Shown here one piece after another: positions 1 through 13,624 of a stretch of DNA of 64,000 nucleotides. Both the position numbers and the translations under genes were made by a program. The stretch's first letter is position 1. Every line of letters starts with the position of its first letter. Location of the stretch: assembly GCF_009914755.1 (NCBI RefSeq), contig NC_060930.1. One strand, written 5' to 3'. The stretch is from the human T2T-CHM13v2.0 reference genome, Homo sapiens. The notes below the pieces were generated by a model. It was not told where the DNA came from. It did not search any database and saw nothing but the letters and a program-made list of their open reading frames with translations.

Positions 1-367
1 AGTTCTGGTGATTAAATCTTTCTTGAATGTGTAGATTTCATAATATAATATCTCATACTAGGGCTTATGGAATAGGGCTTTCTTTTAACCATAGGAGGAG
101 AGAGTAGATTAACATTGTAATCTCAATCATAAATGAAGGACATCGTATGTAGATATATGGAATGATAGTTGTTAGGTGCTGGCCAGTTTTAAAGTATATG
201 ATGGGTGGCTTGGAAACGGAAAGATTTTTATATAAAGCAGAAGAACATAAGGCATTTTCCAAGTGCTCATGTTTTAGAGTGGAGAAATAGTCAAATCAGA
301 AAGTATGAAGCAGTCTCTAATTTTCTTGTGCTTCATTTGAAATACACAAATTTGCACATTAATGTAG

Positions 368-810
<443 letters not shown>

Positions 811-2823
811 TCTTTTTTCGTACTTGATTTTAGCCTCTGTCTTTTTTTTTCCTAATGGAATAAGTGGCATCACGATAGTAGTAACTAGGACTTAGTACTT
901 GTTTGCAGAATAGTTATGTGTTAAACAGTTGTGAATCAGATTGTTTGGTGATAGTACCAAGAAAATAGTTATTACATAATCACTCTGCTTTTATTAGTGA
1001 TAATATGAATTCAGGATATTGTTACTCTGACATAAGTGTTCTCTGGGTGAAATGTTTATTTCAAGAAGCAAGGTATAATAGATGGAACTGCTGATACTTC
1101 TTACAAAATACTGTAGGACATCTTGAGACATTATTCTTCATTGGGCATATTTTTCTGCCTATTAAGTTTGAAGCTTTCAGGATCTGTAAAACTTTAATAC
1201 AACCAAGGAAGACATATAAGTAGGAATTTTTCTAGTTACCAAGTTTTCTCTAAATACTGCTAATTATGTTACTAGATTTCAGAATTACCCAAGAAATAGA
1301 AGTCACTAATAACTAGTCTTTTCAAGTTTATAATACACAGAATATAACAAGAGACAGGCAATAGTTAAATAGAATTTCCCAACTAAATAGATTTTCATAT
1401 GAAATGACTGAGATTAGGGTATAAGTAATTAAATAGAAGTACGTTATAGTATCGCTATAAGAAGAGCTGTAACAAGGCATATATCTCCCTCCCAAGATGC
1501 TCAAAATTTGAGAATGGCTAGACATTTAAAATACTAGCTGGCTTAAACAGTCTGATACAGTTTGGAGGTTCAGAAAAGAGACCCGAGAATCCTTCTGGTA
1601 TACTGTCTTATTTTATAAATGAGGATGCTAAAGTTTTTTTGTTTTTTTAAAAAATGTGTTGACATAGTTGGCCTGAGACCAGGATCAGCAGCAACGTTAT
1701 ATAGATCGTAAATATTTCATGAATTTTATAGCAGCTGCCATATGACTGACTGGAACCTTACAAAAAATACAAAGAACTCTGACTATTTGAGTAATCCAGA
1801 AAGAGGTTGAGACTAAAACAAAAATGTGATTTATTTGGTGGTAAGATGATTAGAGTGTGGGTTGGGATGGGCAATGTTGAGACTCTTTATGAGGAATATA
1901 AAATTGGATGCAGTGCTGCAGTTCAGGGGCATATCAAGAAGAGTAAATGAGATGGTTCACAGATGTCAAAAGTCTGCTTGCCAGTGGCAAGCAGGTTTTT
2001 TATTTTTTATTATTTTTTTTAATTTACAAAATGGTAAAGGATTCAAATTTTAGGAAATGAAATAATGTAGAACATTATTCATACAGAGGATGATTCATCG
2101 TTCTGAGGGCCAGATTAAGTAATGCCAGTATGACATTGACATTCTGCAAGGGGAAAGGGAATAGTAAAGAATAAAGAAGAGGGAATGAAGAGAGAAGAAA
2201 TGGTTACGCTTCAGATTCTGTCTGTACAGAAGTTTGTCCATCTCTGGTTCAAAGTGTCAGTAGGGAATTAGCATTCATGGCAGGATGCTCAAAAAAGGAA
2301 GTAATTTGATTAAATTCTTACATGAGGAAATGCCCTCTCCTCAAGTAGATTGTAAAATGAAAGTTTTAAAATGTCACATTAGATAAGGACTTTGTCCTAC
2401 AAGTTACGTATTTGTTCAAAAGATAGACATTGTGTGAGACAAAGTTAAAATCAACTATAAATATAACGTTAGTACTGAGATGAATCCTGGCTCATCCTCA
2501 GAATCCTTAAGACAGATCTCCAGCCAGCCTTACCATCCATATCATTAGAAGTGACATAAGAGAGGAAGCCTGGATGTCATCTCCGCCTTCAGCTAAGTGG
2601 AGCTTTCATTTACTTTGTACCTCTATCCAAATTAACATGTTTTCAAGCACGTTAAGGGTAGCAAATGCAAAAATGATAGAAACATAGAATTTTAGGGCTA
2701 GAAAGTACCATTGAAGTATTTTAATTTCTCCTTTCCATCCAGGGCCCAGATAGCCTCTATGAAATGACTGTACTAAGGTTTTGAGAGTAAAAACCAAAAT
2801 GTCATGTTTCTTTTTTTCTCTAG

Positions 2824-2977
2824 AGTAAAATAGTGAGAGTACTAAACTTATGGCAGAAGAATAATGTATTTAAGAGTGAGATTATTCAGCCCCTTTTGGA
2901 TATGGCAGCCGGGATTCCGCCTCCAGTTGTCACACCTGTTTTGGCCAGCACTACCACTGCTATGAGCAATACTCCAG
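2824..2977 (+). CDS. SCAF8: SCAF8 coding exon 5 (end of CTD-interacting domain)
   Basis: ttctctag| acceptor, CAG|gtatgt donor; encodes SKIVRVLNLWQKNNVFKSEIIQPLLDMAAGIPPPVVTPVLASTTTAMSNTP; 154 nt, phase 0-1. Confidence 0.96.
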
Positions 2978-3533
2978 GTATGTTGCTTTAATATAGATTT
3001 GTTGTCTAAATATTCTACTCATACTTTTTGGATGACTGTTCATATAAAAAATAATTCGACAGTGCAGGAAAATTTGTCCAGCATTACATAATTGAAAGAA
3101 AATATTTGTAGAGAAAAATAAAATTAGATATTATGTTTGTGTGTAATTATTTCTAAAATGTAGAAAACTGATTTTCATTTAATCCACAGAAACATAAATA
3201 TAATGAACCTTAGAAATTTGGTGTGTCAATTAGATTTTTCCTGATTTAAGTTGTCTGTAACTTCTTATACTTGCATTTGTATCAACTTGGTATTTATAGG
3301 ATACTAGGGGGACTTAATATTTTTTAAGAAACCCTGAAACAATTATTTAACAAAACCAAAATTTCAAAATCGTGTTCTCTTGAGGCATTTAAATGACTAT
3401 GATAAAAAATTTTTATCAAAGTAATTTAAAAATTTTTTGAAATTTTTATGAAAAAATTTTTTTCATAATTTTTTCATAATTTTTTAAATAATTTTTTCAA
3501 AAATTTTTATGAAAAAATTTTTATCATAGTTCC

Positions 3534-3840
<307 letters not shown>

Positions 3841-3940
3841 TTTTTTTAAATCATAGTTCCAAGAATTAAATTGGTTAGCATTTCATAATTTTGTATGTAT
3901 TTTGTGTGTGTGTGTGTATGAACAAAAATTGATGTACTGT

Positions 3941-4229
3941 TTTTTGAGACCTTGCTCTGTCACCCAGGCGGGTGTGCAGTGGTGTGATCATAGCTCACTG
4001 CAGCCTCGACCTCCTGGCTTCTAGTGATCCTCCCATCTCAGCCTCCTAAGTAGGTGGGACTACAGGCATGCACTACCATGCCTGGCTAATTTTTTTTTGT
4101 TGTTATTGTTGTTAGAGACGGAGTCTTGCTGTGTTGCCCAGGCTGGTCTCGAACTCTAGGGCCCAAGTAGTCCTCCTGCCTTGGGCTCTGAAAGTGTTGG
4201 GATTACAGGCATGAACCACTGTACCTGGC
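3941..4229 (-). mobile_element. AluJ
   Basis: Antisense Alu with J-type diagnostics (tcatagctcactgcagcctcgacc). Confidence 0.9.
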
Positions 4230-4372
4230 CCAAACATGGTTTTATATTATGTGTACTTACTATAAAATTTTTTTATTGAAGATTGTATTTTGAATATTTC
4301 CTCATGTTACTGAATTTTTGTCTCTAAAGTAAGATTTTTAATGGCTGTTAAGTATTGTAGGCTTTAGAAGTA

Positions 4373-4714
4373 CAGTAGTCTCCCCACATCCACAGTTTTG
4401 CTTTCCATGATTCCAATTACTTGCAGTCAACCACAGTCTGAAAATAGGTGAGTATAGTACAATAAGATATTTTGACAGATAGGGAAAAAGAGAGAGAGAC
4501 CATATTCACATAACTTTTTTCACAGTATAGTTTATTATTAGTTAGTGTTGTTAATCTCTTACTGTACCTAATTTATAAGTTAACCTTTATCATAGGTATA
4601 TGTGTACGTACAGAAAAAAACATAGCATATATAGGGTTTGGTGCTAGCTCTGGTTTCAAGCATCCACTGGAGTTCTTGGAACACATCTCCCAAGCATAAG
4701 TGGGGACACTATAG
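4373..4714 (+). mobile_element. MER44A-like (TcMar-Tigger) MITE
   Basis: TA|cagtagtc start, aaaataggtgagtatagtacaataagatatttt core, decayed TIR at right end. Confidence 0.8.
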
Positions 4715-4757
4715 TAACTTAGTTAATTGAGGAGGACAAATTTGGACAGATCCTTTT

Positions 4758-4779
4758 GGTGGGGGGGGGGGGGTGTGGG

Positions 4780-4830
<51 letters not shown>
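4758..4830 (+). repeat. G13/G6 runs plus (TG)24 microsatellite
   Basis: Read directly from sequence. Confidence 0.97.
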
Positions 4831-4833
<3 letters not shown>

Positions 4834-5009
4834 AATGTACCTAATTCTGTAAAGGATTTTAAGTGATTTTTTCAAAGTGGACACAATAAAATAAAAACAA
4901 TATGCGTGCATGTGTTTTATAAAAGTAATAAAACAAGTTATTCTGCTTTTTCTAGTCTTAGTTACTTACTTACATATTTATTTGGGGGGTGTGATGTTCT
5001 TTTTAAAAG

Positions 5010-5140
5010 GAACTCCTGTGACACCTGTTACTCCGGCCAATGTGGTCCAAGGCTTACCTGATCCGTGGGTATCTCAGATAACAAATACAGATACACTTGC
5101 GGCTGTAGCTCAGATCTTGCAAAGTCCTCAAGGCCAGCAG
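5010..5140 (+). CDS. SCAF8: SCAF8 coding exon 6
   Basis: tttttaaaag| acceptor, CAG|gtgagc donor; (G)TPVTPVTPANVVQGLPDPWVSQ...PQGQQ; 131 nt, phase 1-0. Confidence 0.96.
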
Positions 5141-6352
5141 GTGAGCGGTTTTTCTGTTATATCAAGAATAATTTAGAATTTAATATTTTCCTAATGTATT
5201 ACTTTGTAACATACCACCTAGAGAATATGTGCTTTTTTTAGTTTTATAAAAATGGGACCATTATGTATACTTTGTTACTTACTTAAGTCATTTAATAGTG
5301 CATCATGAATGCTTTCATGTCATTAAAAATTACTTTATAAAAATTTATTCTGTACCAAAATACGGAATTAGCACATAGTTTTGCCAAATATTATTAGGTG
5401 CTATCACACTCCAGTAACAAGACAGGAGTCCTATCTTAGAGACCTCCTCCTATCTTAAGGGGGACAGATGGTAAAAAATAGTATGACAAAATTATCGTAG
5501 GTAGTGATTAATGACATTAAGAAAGGGTAAATCTATAGTGACTAGATTTGGGGGAAGGGGTCAGGAGTAGAGCGGATAGCCAACAGGAGGTGTATTTGAG
5601 GAAGTGACATTTGAATCGAGACATGAAATGGACTAGTCATGGCAGGACAGGAGGATAGGAAATAGAATTGCAAGTATAGAGGTCCTCAGGTGGGAAGCAA
5701 TGTGGTGTATTGTAGGAATAGAAGAAGGCTTCTGTGGCTAGAACTTCAGGAATAGAGGGGAATCACAAAACATGTACGAATTGATTCAGGAATGGGAAGG
5801 ATTGCTGTCTTTATAATACCAGGTTTTTCCATTGTATCTATACATATACTTTTATTGTTCAAATCTTTTATGTCTCTTAATTAAGCTTTGTAGCTCTTTA
5901 AATGTAGATTCTTCAAATTTCTTAGATTTATTTCCATGAATATATTTGAATAGTTTGGCTTTTTATAGTCAATACCAGTTTCTCTTAGTTTTCAGCTGAT
6001 TTTCTTTCATTTTCCGTTATATTATTTGTAACTAATGATAATTCTGTGTCCTCAGTTTAAGTACTTACATATAGTTTTCTTAATGTATTGCACTAAGTTA
6101 TGGAAGAGATCATAATAGAAATAATGATAGTGTACTCATTGTTACTTTTTTCAGACTCATAGAAATACCTCATTTTTGTCCCACTGTGATGTTGGTTTTG
6201 TTTCGAGATATGTATTTTTTATGAGGGGCATATTCTCCTTTTTCTAGATGATAGTGTTTTATGAGGTTTTGATTAAAAATTTTATTAGTGAAGATAATAG
6301 TATGGTTTTCTGATTACTAGACTTCATTATAATGATTCAGCATTGCAATCCT

Positions 6353-6354
<2 letters not shown>

Positions 6355-6401
<47 letters not shown>
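6355..6401 (+). repeat. (TC)n microsatellite
   Basis: Read directly from sequence. Confidence 0.95.
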
Positions 6402-6403
<2 letters not shown>

Positions 6404-6678
6404 TTTTCTGACCCTCAAATTCACGCTATCCTTTGAGGCAGTACATTTAAATATTCTGTAATTTTTGTTTTGCTTTGAAGTGTAAACTATTTCACAACTA
6501 GTTTCTATTTGCACCTCTACTGAGATGGGTTCCTAGTTTTTATCACCCTACTCTATTTTCAAATTAGGATTATTGCTTGCTTTGTGAGATCAATTTAGAA
6601 ATGGTTACCTTTTTCTGTATTCTGTGCAGTACAACCTGAGTGCTTTCTGCCTCTGGAAGGTTTGGGTGAACTTAATCA

Positions 6679-6994
<316 letters not shown>

Positions 6995-7399
6995 GAACCA
7001 CAAACTCCTCTAGGGTTTGGTGTGTTCTGGGAGATTAATTTTCGATAACATTTTTCAATTCTTTTTTGGTTATTTGTATTCACTTACGCTACCTTTCCTG
7101 AATAAATTTTATAATAAATATTTATGATTAGAAACCATCTGTTTTGTTTTTCATAGTTGTACGTAATTTTTTTAAAAACTAACTTTGGCATGCACATCTG
7201 ACTTTGTGTTGTGTTTTTTGCTCTAAATTTAGGTTTATTGAAGTTTATGCTTGCTTTTTATTTCTTTCTGTTACTACCCTAGTTCTTCATTTTTGGACTG
7301 TTGATGTACTCCTCTAAATAGCTTTTGATCCCTTTGCTGCTTCTCTTTCCTTTTTGATCCATCATTTTAATTCTTTGCAAGATTAATCTTTATCAGTGA

Positions 7400-7694
7400 T
7401 TTTTTTTTTCTTTTGAGACGGAGTCTCGCTGTGTCACCCAGGCTGTAGTACAGTGGTGCAATCTTGGCTCACTGCAACCTCTGCCTCCCAGGTTCAAGTG
7501 ATTCTCCTGCCTCAGCCTCCCGAGTAGCTGGGACTATAGGCACCTGCCACCATGCCCAGCTGATTTCTCTATTTTCAGTAGAGACAGGGTTTCACCGTGT
7601 TAGCCAGGATGGTCTTGATCTCCTGACCTTGTGATCTGCCCGCCTCTGCCTCCCAAAGTGCTGGGATTACAGGTGTGAACCACCGTGCCCAGCC
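7400..7694 (-). mobile_element. AluS (Sc-like)
   Basis: Full antisense Alu, TSD TATCA(G/A)TGAT. Confidence 0.92.
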
Positions 7695-8799
7695 TATCAA
7701 TGATCTTGTATGTTTTAAACTTAAGCTCAGGAACATGCAATAATTACATATTATGCATAGAATAAAATCCAACTTTGTGGTATTTAGAGTTATTCTCAAT
7801 GTAACCTGTTATATTTTTCTAACATTTTTCATTACTTAGATTACAAAGTTTCATAGATTTCTCTAAATTAATGTAAGTATTCTCTTTGCTTGTGTTGCAC
7901 TCCCTTTTACTTTATCATCTACTTCTCCAATTTTCATACGTCTCACCCTTCACTATTCAAATCAAACTAAAATTTTTTAGAGTTTGGTGTCTGAAGTCCA
8001 GTGATACTGTATCACTTCATTGGTTGTTTTTCATTCACTCAACCTTCAGCAAACATTTACTTTGACCTGCAGTGTTTGAGGCCCTGTACCTTGTTCTGGA
8101 GTATACAAGACGAGCAAGAAACATTCTCGGGCCTCTGGAAGCCTAAAGTTTAATAATCAAGATTAATTGCAATACATAAATGTAATTAAATTTAAAATTA
8201 ATAAGAATCATGGGAGAAGTTTAGAAAAGAAGGGCTTTGGAAATCCAGAACTAGAGATAATACTTTGGCTTGAACAATTGGTTCAGGAAAGTTCTGTTAT
8301 ACAGATGACAATTAAATTTGTTTTTTAAAGGATGAGTAAGAAATGGATGCTAAGGATGAGCTACGTAGACAGAGACAATTGAGAGTAAACAGTGAATTCT
8401 GAGTCTTTCAAACAAAACCTGCTCCACCTGCATCTTCATCTCAGTTAATGGAAATGCGATTTTTCCATTTGCTCATACCCAAAAGCTTAAGAGTCATCCT
8501 TGATTCCTTTCTTCCCTTTGTTCTTCATATCCAATCTGTTAAGAAATCCTCTGCCTTCAGAATATATTCTGAATCACTAACTCACCACCTCTATCACTAG
8601 TTCCTAGAATCAAGCCACCATCATTTCTTACCTAGTTTATTGCCGAAACCACTTAATGGGGCTTCTACCCTTACCCCACAACAGTCTGTTCTCAATACTT
8701 CAGGTAGCATGACCCTTTAAATACCTGAGAGTTCATGCAACTCCTCTGCTCAGAATCCTCCAGTGGCTCCCTGTCTCACTCAGAGTAAAAGCCCAAGAT

Positions 8800-9410
8800 G
8801 TTTTGTTTGTTTGTTTTTGAGACAGGGTTTTGCTTTGTCACTCAGACTGGAGTGCAGTGGTGCAGTTGTATTTCACTGCATCTTTGAACTCCTGGACTGA
8901 AGCGATCCTCCCGCCTCAGCCTCCCAAGTAGCTGGGACTACACCTGTAGCCAGCATGCCTGGTTAATTTTTTATTTTTATTTTATTTTATTATTATTTTT
9001 TGACATGGAGTCTTAGCCTGTCACCCAGGCTGGAGTGAAATGGCGCTGTCTCGGCTCACTGCACCCTCCGCCTCCCGGAGTGATTCTCCTGCCTCAGCCT
9101 CCCGAGTAGCTGAGATTACAGGCACCCGCCACCACGCCGAGCTAATTTTTGTATTTTTAGTAGATACGGGGTTTCACCTTGTTTGCCAGGCTGTTGTCAA
9201 ACTCCTGACCTCAGGCGATCCCCCCACGTCAGCCTCCCAAAGTGCTGGAATTACAGGCATGAGCCACCGTGCCTGGCCAATTTTTTATTTTTATATAGAG
9301 ACAGGATGTCACTATGTTGCCCAGGCTGGTCTCAGACTCCTGGCCTCAAGCAGTCCTTTCACCTGCGCCTCCCAAGTCAATGGAATTACAGGCACAAGCC
9401 ATCGTGCCTG
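8800..9410 (-). mobile_element. AluJ with an AluS (about 8971-9278) nested in its central linker
   Basis: Right arm 8800-8970, complete Alu, then left arm 9279-9410; aattttttattttta repeated on both sides of the inner Alu. Confidence 0.88.
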
Positions 9411-9777
9411 CACTAAAATCCCAAGTTTCAGCAGTCACTTCATTGGTCCTTGTATGTTCTCAGTTTGACCTATTGTTCCCTTCCCAACATTTTCTATCAC
9501 CAGTTCATAGACTTCTCTAACTAATGATAAGACTTGCTTATGTTGCCCACCCCCAACCCTGGTTTTATATTATCCTTTGCTTTGCTTTCTCACCTCTTTC
9601 TCCTGTAACTTGTTCCATCCTTTTTGTTGTTTCTTAAATAAACTACCTATAATCCTGCCCCAAGATCTCTGCTTTTGAAGTTTTTTATACTGAAAACCCA
9701 CTTCCCTCATATATTCATATGGTTTCATCTCTTGTCTTTGTTTAAATGTCACTTTAATAAGGCCTTCAGTGACTGCT

Positions 9778-10086
9778 ATTTATTTATTTATTTATTTATT
9801 TAGAGACAGGGTCTTGCTCTGTCACCCAGGCTGGAGTGTAATTGGCGCAATCTCGGCTCATTGCAACCTTGGCCTCCCGGGTTCAAGCAATTCTCTTGCC
9901 TCAGCCTCCTGAGTAGCTGGGATTACAGGCTTCTGCTACCACACCCAGCTAATTTTTGTATTTTTTAGTAGAGACAAGGTTTCACCTTGTTGGCCAGGCT
10001 GGTCTCAAACTCCTGACTTTAAGTGATCCGCCCGCCTCGGCCTTCCAAAGTACTGGGATTATAGACATGAGCCACCGCACCTGGCC
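9778..10086 (-). mobile_element. AluS
   Basis: (TTTA)n tail, TSD GTGACTGCTATTT. Confidence 0.93.
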
Positions 10087-11971
10087 GTGACTGCTATTTA
10101 AAACTGTAAACTCTTACCTGTCATTGTTTACACTCCCGTTCTCTCTCGCCTCTGCTTACTTCCTTCCTTAGCACTTACTACCTTCTGTTATGTTATATAA
10201 TTACTTGGTTTTTTTTCTACCTCTTCCCACTGGAATGTATGCTAAACTAGGGCAAGAATTTTTTGTGGTTGTTGACAGCTGCCTGTCCAATGTCTAGGTT
10301 GTAGATGGTGTTCAATATGTTTTTGTGGAATGAATGAATGATGTACAAAAGCATTACAGTGTTGGAGATACAAAGGATATTGTAGAGTTGAGTTGTTTGA
10401 AGGAAAAGATAGTCTGTGTAAGCTATTAATGACAAAGTTAAATGGCAGACTTAAGTGTGACCTGGGCTGTGAAAACTATAAATGGTGGGCTCAGAAATAA
10501 AAGGTTTCATTTGCTAAGCAATGGGGAATCACCAGGGACTTTTTAATGTTGAAGTCACATGATCTTAACAGTACTTTACATGGATTAGAGAGAGGAGAAG
10601 TCTAGAGACAGAATATCTTTCTTTTGGTAGTAGTGGTTTTGGAAAGGAGGGTAATGATTATGAAAAATAGTAAGGTTGTATACTTTCTGAAAATACAATA
10701 GAAAACATGGGGCCATTCTAGACTTAAAAATATTTTAAAAAACCGATGTGTACTCTTAGGTTGAATCTATTTTCTACATTTTTGAGACAGTTGGGAAACT
10801 GAATATTAGCTGTATATTAGGTGAAATTATAGAATTAGTAATTTTATTTTGTGGTAATATTTTGGAAACAATTCATAAAGCAAGTGTTCTTATTTTAAAA
10901 GATGCCTATTAAAATAAATATTTTTGACAGAAGAAACTTTGAAAGGGATAGTACAAACAGAGTCAGTAAGACAGTAATTGATAGACTGCGAAGTCAGAGT
11001 AGAGGAAGAAAATTGGATGCTCCAGTGGTTTTTTACCTGGGTGACCAAAAGAATAACAGTGCCATGGGAAAAATGGAGATGTCAAAAGGAGCAGTTAAAA
11101 AGTGTAAAGGGGAAATACGGTGTTTCTATCATTTTAATAGTTTTATAGAAAATGTTTAGTTGATAGTGAAGTGACTCTAGTTTGTTTCCTAGTGTTACTG
11201 TTTTAAGTAGGCATGAAATTACTTTACTGTCATCTTACATAGTTTTTGTGTCCTTTCATCCTAGAAGTTGAACTTCAAGAGTACAGTTGTCTTGGTTATC
11301 AGTAGCTTTGCTGTCTTTATTTTTCTCTTTTAAACTAATAATTTTTGGATTTAACTCAGGCTTATAACCAGATTGATTATCATTTATTTCTGGAATGTAT
11401 ATAGGGTTTTCTTATTTATAGAATCTCTTAAAGATCTCACTGTTGTGTCTGTTTTTTAACAGGGGTGGGTACATGGTGGGAACAAGAGTTGCCTTCAACT
11501 CTAGATGACACTATTATTAATAACTAGTTGCCAGACTCTACTCTGAGAAACAGATTTCTTAATGACTCTCCAACTTTCAGGAAGTACGTGCTCAGATGGT
11601 AATTCTGAATAACAGCAAAAGCTGCTGCTATTTTCAGTACTCGTCCTTTTACTGAGTTTAAAGAGTTAATTGAACAAGGTAGAGAAATTTAGTGAAAAAG
11701 GTGTCAGCTTGTGATGAGCGCTTTATCTGGTTGTCACAGATCACTTTATTTTGTTTAAAGTTCGCTGACTTTCCAGAAGTAAGACAAACTTATTAAGGAC
11801 TGTGTTATATAAGGTACACAGAAAAACTTCAAAAAATTAACTTATTAATAGTGTGTATTTTTTTCAAAGAGAGTGTGGAATGATTAATTTTACTGACTAA
11901 AAGTTTTAGGTGGCCACTCTTACAGAAAAAACCCAACACCTGTTTTGTAATATATATTTTTTTCTCTCCAG

Positions 11972-12148
11972 CTTCAACAATTAATACAAACCTTACAGAT
12001 ACAACAACAGAAGCCCCAGCCTTCCATTCTGCAGGCCCTAGATGCTGGTCTTGTTGTTCAGTTGCAAGCTCTTACGGCACAACTTACAGCTGCAGCTGCA
12101 GCTGCCAACACTCTTACTCCCTTAGAACAGGGAGTCTCGTTTAACAAG
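11972..12148 (+). CDS. SCAF8: SCAF8 coding exon 7 (Q/A-rich)
   Basis: ctctccag| acceptor, AAG|gtagaa donor; LQQLIQTLQIQQQKPQ...AAAAAANTLTPLEQGVSFNK; 177 nt, phase 0-0. Confidence 0.96.
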
Positions 12149-12337
12149 GTAGAAATTAAAATATCGGATCAAGTCTATATGAATTATTAAATATTATATA
12201 CTATCATGGATTTTAATTCTATAAATAAATTTTATTGTAGACTTTCAGTATCTCCTGTACACTGTATAAGACAGTCTGAATTTTACAAAAGGTTCAAACT
12301 TCTGAAAAAAATTAAGTAATTAAAAAAATTTTTCCTA

Positions 12338-12656
<319 letters not shown>

Positions 12657-13544
12657 TTAAAATATTTTCATTTGACTAAAAATAACTAGTCAGTAAAATC
12701 TTGTATTCACCACTGAGGCAAGTGATTACTTTCTGAGCTTGTCTGATTTCTTTCATGGGTGCCACATTTTACTGTGATGCTCTGGGTTCTGTAATTTGGA
12801 CCTGCAAAAATTAAAATTCTTTAATCAATATGTAAAATGTTTAAAGGAAACTTCTCTACAACTAGTCACTATACTGTAACTATAATAAGTTGATGCCTAA
12901 ATTATTAATAATTAAAGTGTTTCTAAAACTTAAAATCTTTCATGTACAATTTAGTGTGTGATATTCTTAGTATGCTTATTAATTATGGGAATATCATACT
13001 ACTTGGAAGTGGTGTTCATATTTTTAAAATTTGTACTTTTTATAGGAAAGTAGATACTGATTTATTGGATTATTACTTAGACTGTTTTGGCCAGCAGCTT
13101 CTAAGTCTAATATAGTCTAACACTAAATAGCTAGACCACATAAAAAGCCTTTAAATTGAGCATTCAGAAGAATAACAGCATTCTAAGATGAGAACCATAT
13201 TAGGAATAGATCCATTGAATATGGCCCTAGATGTTTTATCAAGCTTATTACCATGGAAAAACCACCTAATTATTTTAATTCTTAGTCTTCTGTAAAATTT
13301 GAGTATTAGTGTTTATCCTGCCTCTATCATAATTTGTTTTGTTATGTAAGATAATACATATCAAAATGCTTTAAAGAAAAGATCTACTCAAAACACTTTA
13401 TAATAGTATAAAGTGATACAAAATGTTTATTTACACATTAAATGATAGATATAACGGAATGCCATTGACATTTAAAATAGCATTTGTAACTTGTATTTGT
13501 GTGAAGCACTTTTTAATATGTCTGTTTCTCCTTCTTTCCCCCAG

Positions 13545-13624
13545 AAGTTGATGGATAGGTTTGATTTTGGGGAAGACTCTGAGCATAGTGAAGAACCCAA
13601 AAAGGAAATTCCAGCTTCACAACT
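13545..13624 (+). CDS. SCAF8: SCAF8 coding exon 8
   Basis: ccccag|AAG acceptor (NAGNAG), ACT|gtaaga donor; KLMDRFDFGEDSEHSEEPKKEIPASQ(L); 80 nt, phase 0-2. Confidence 0.95.
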
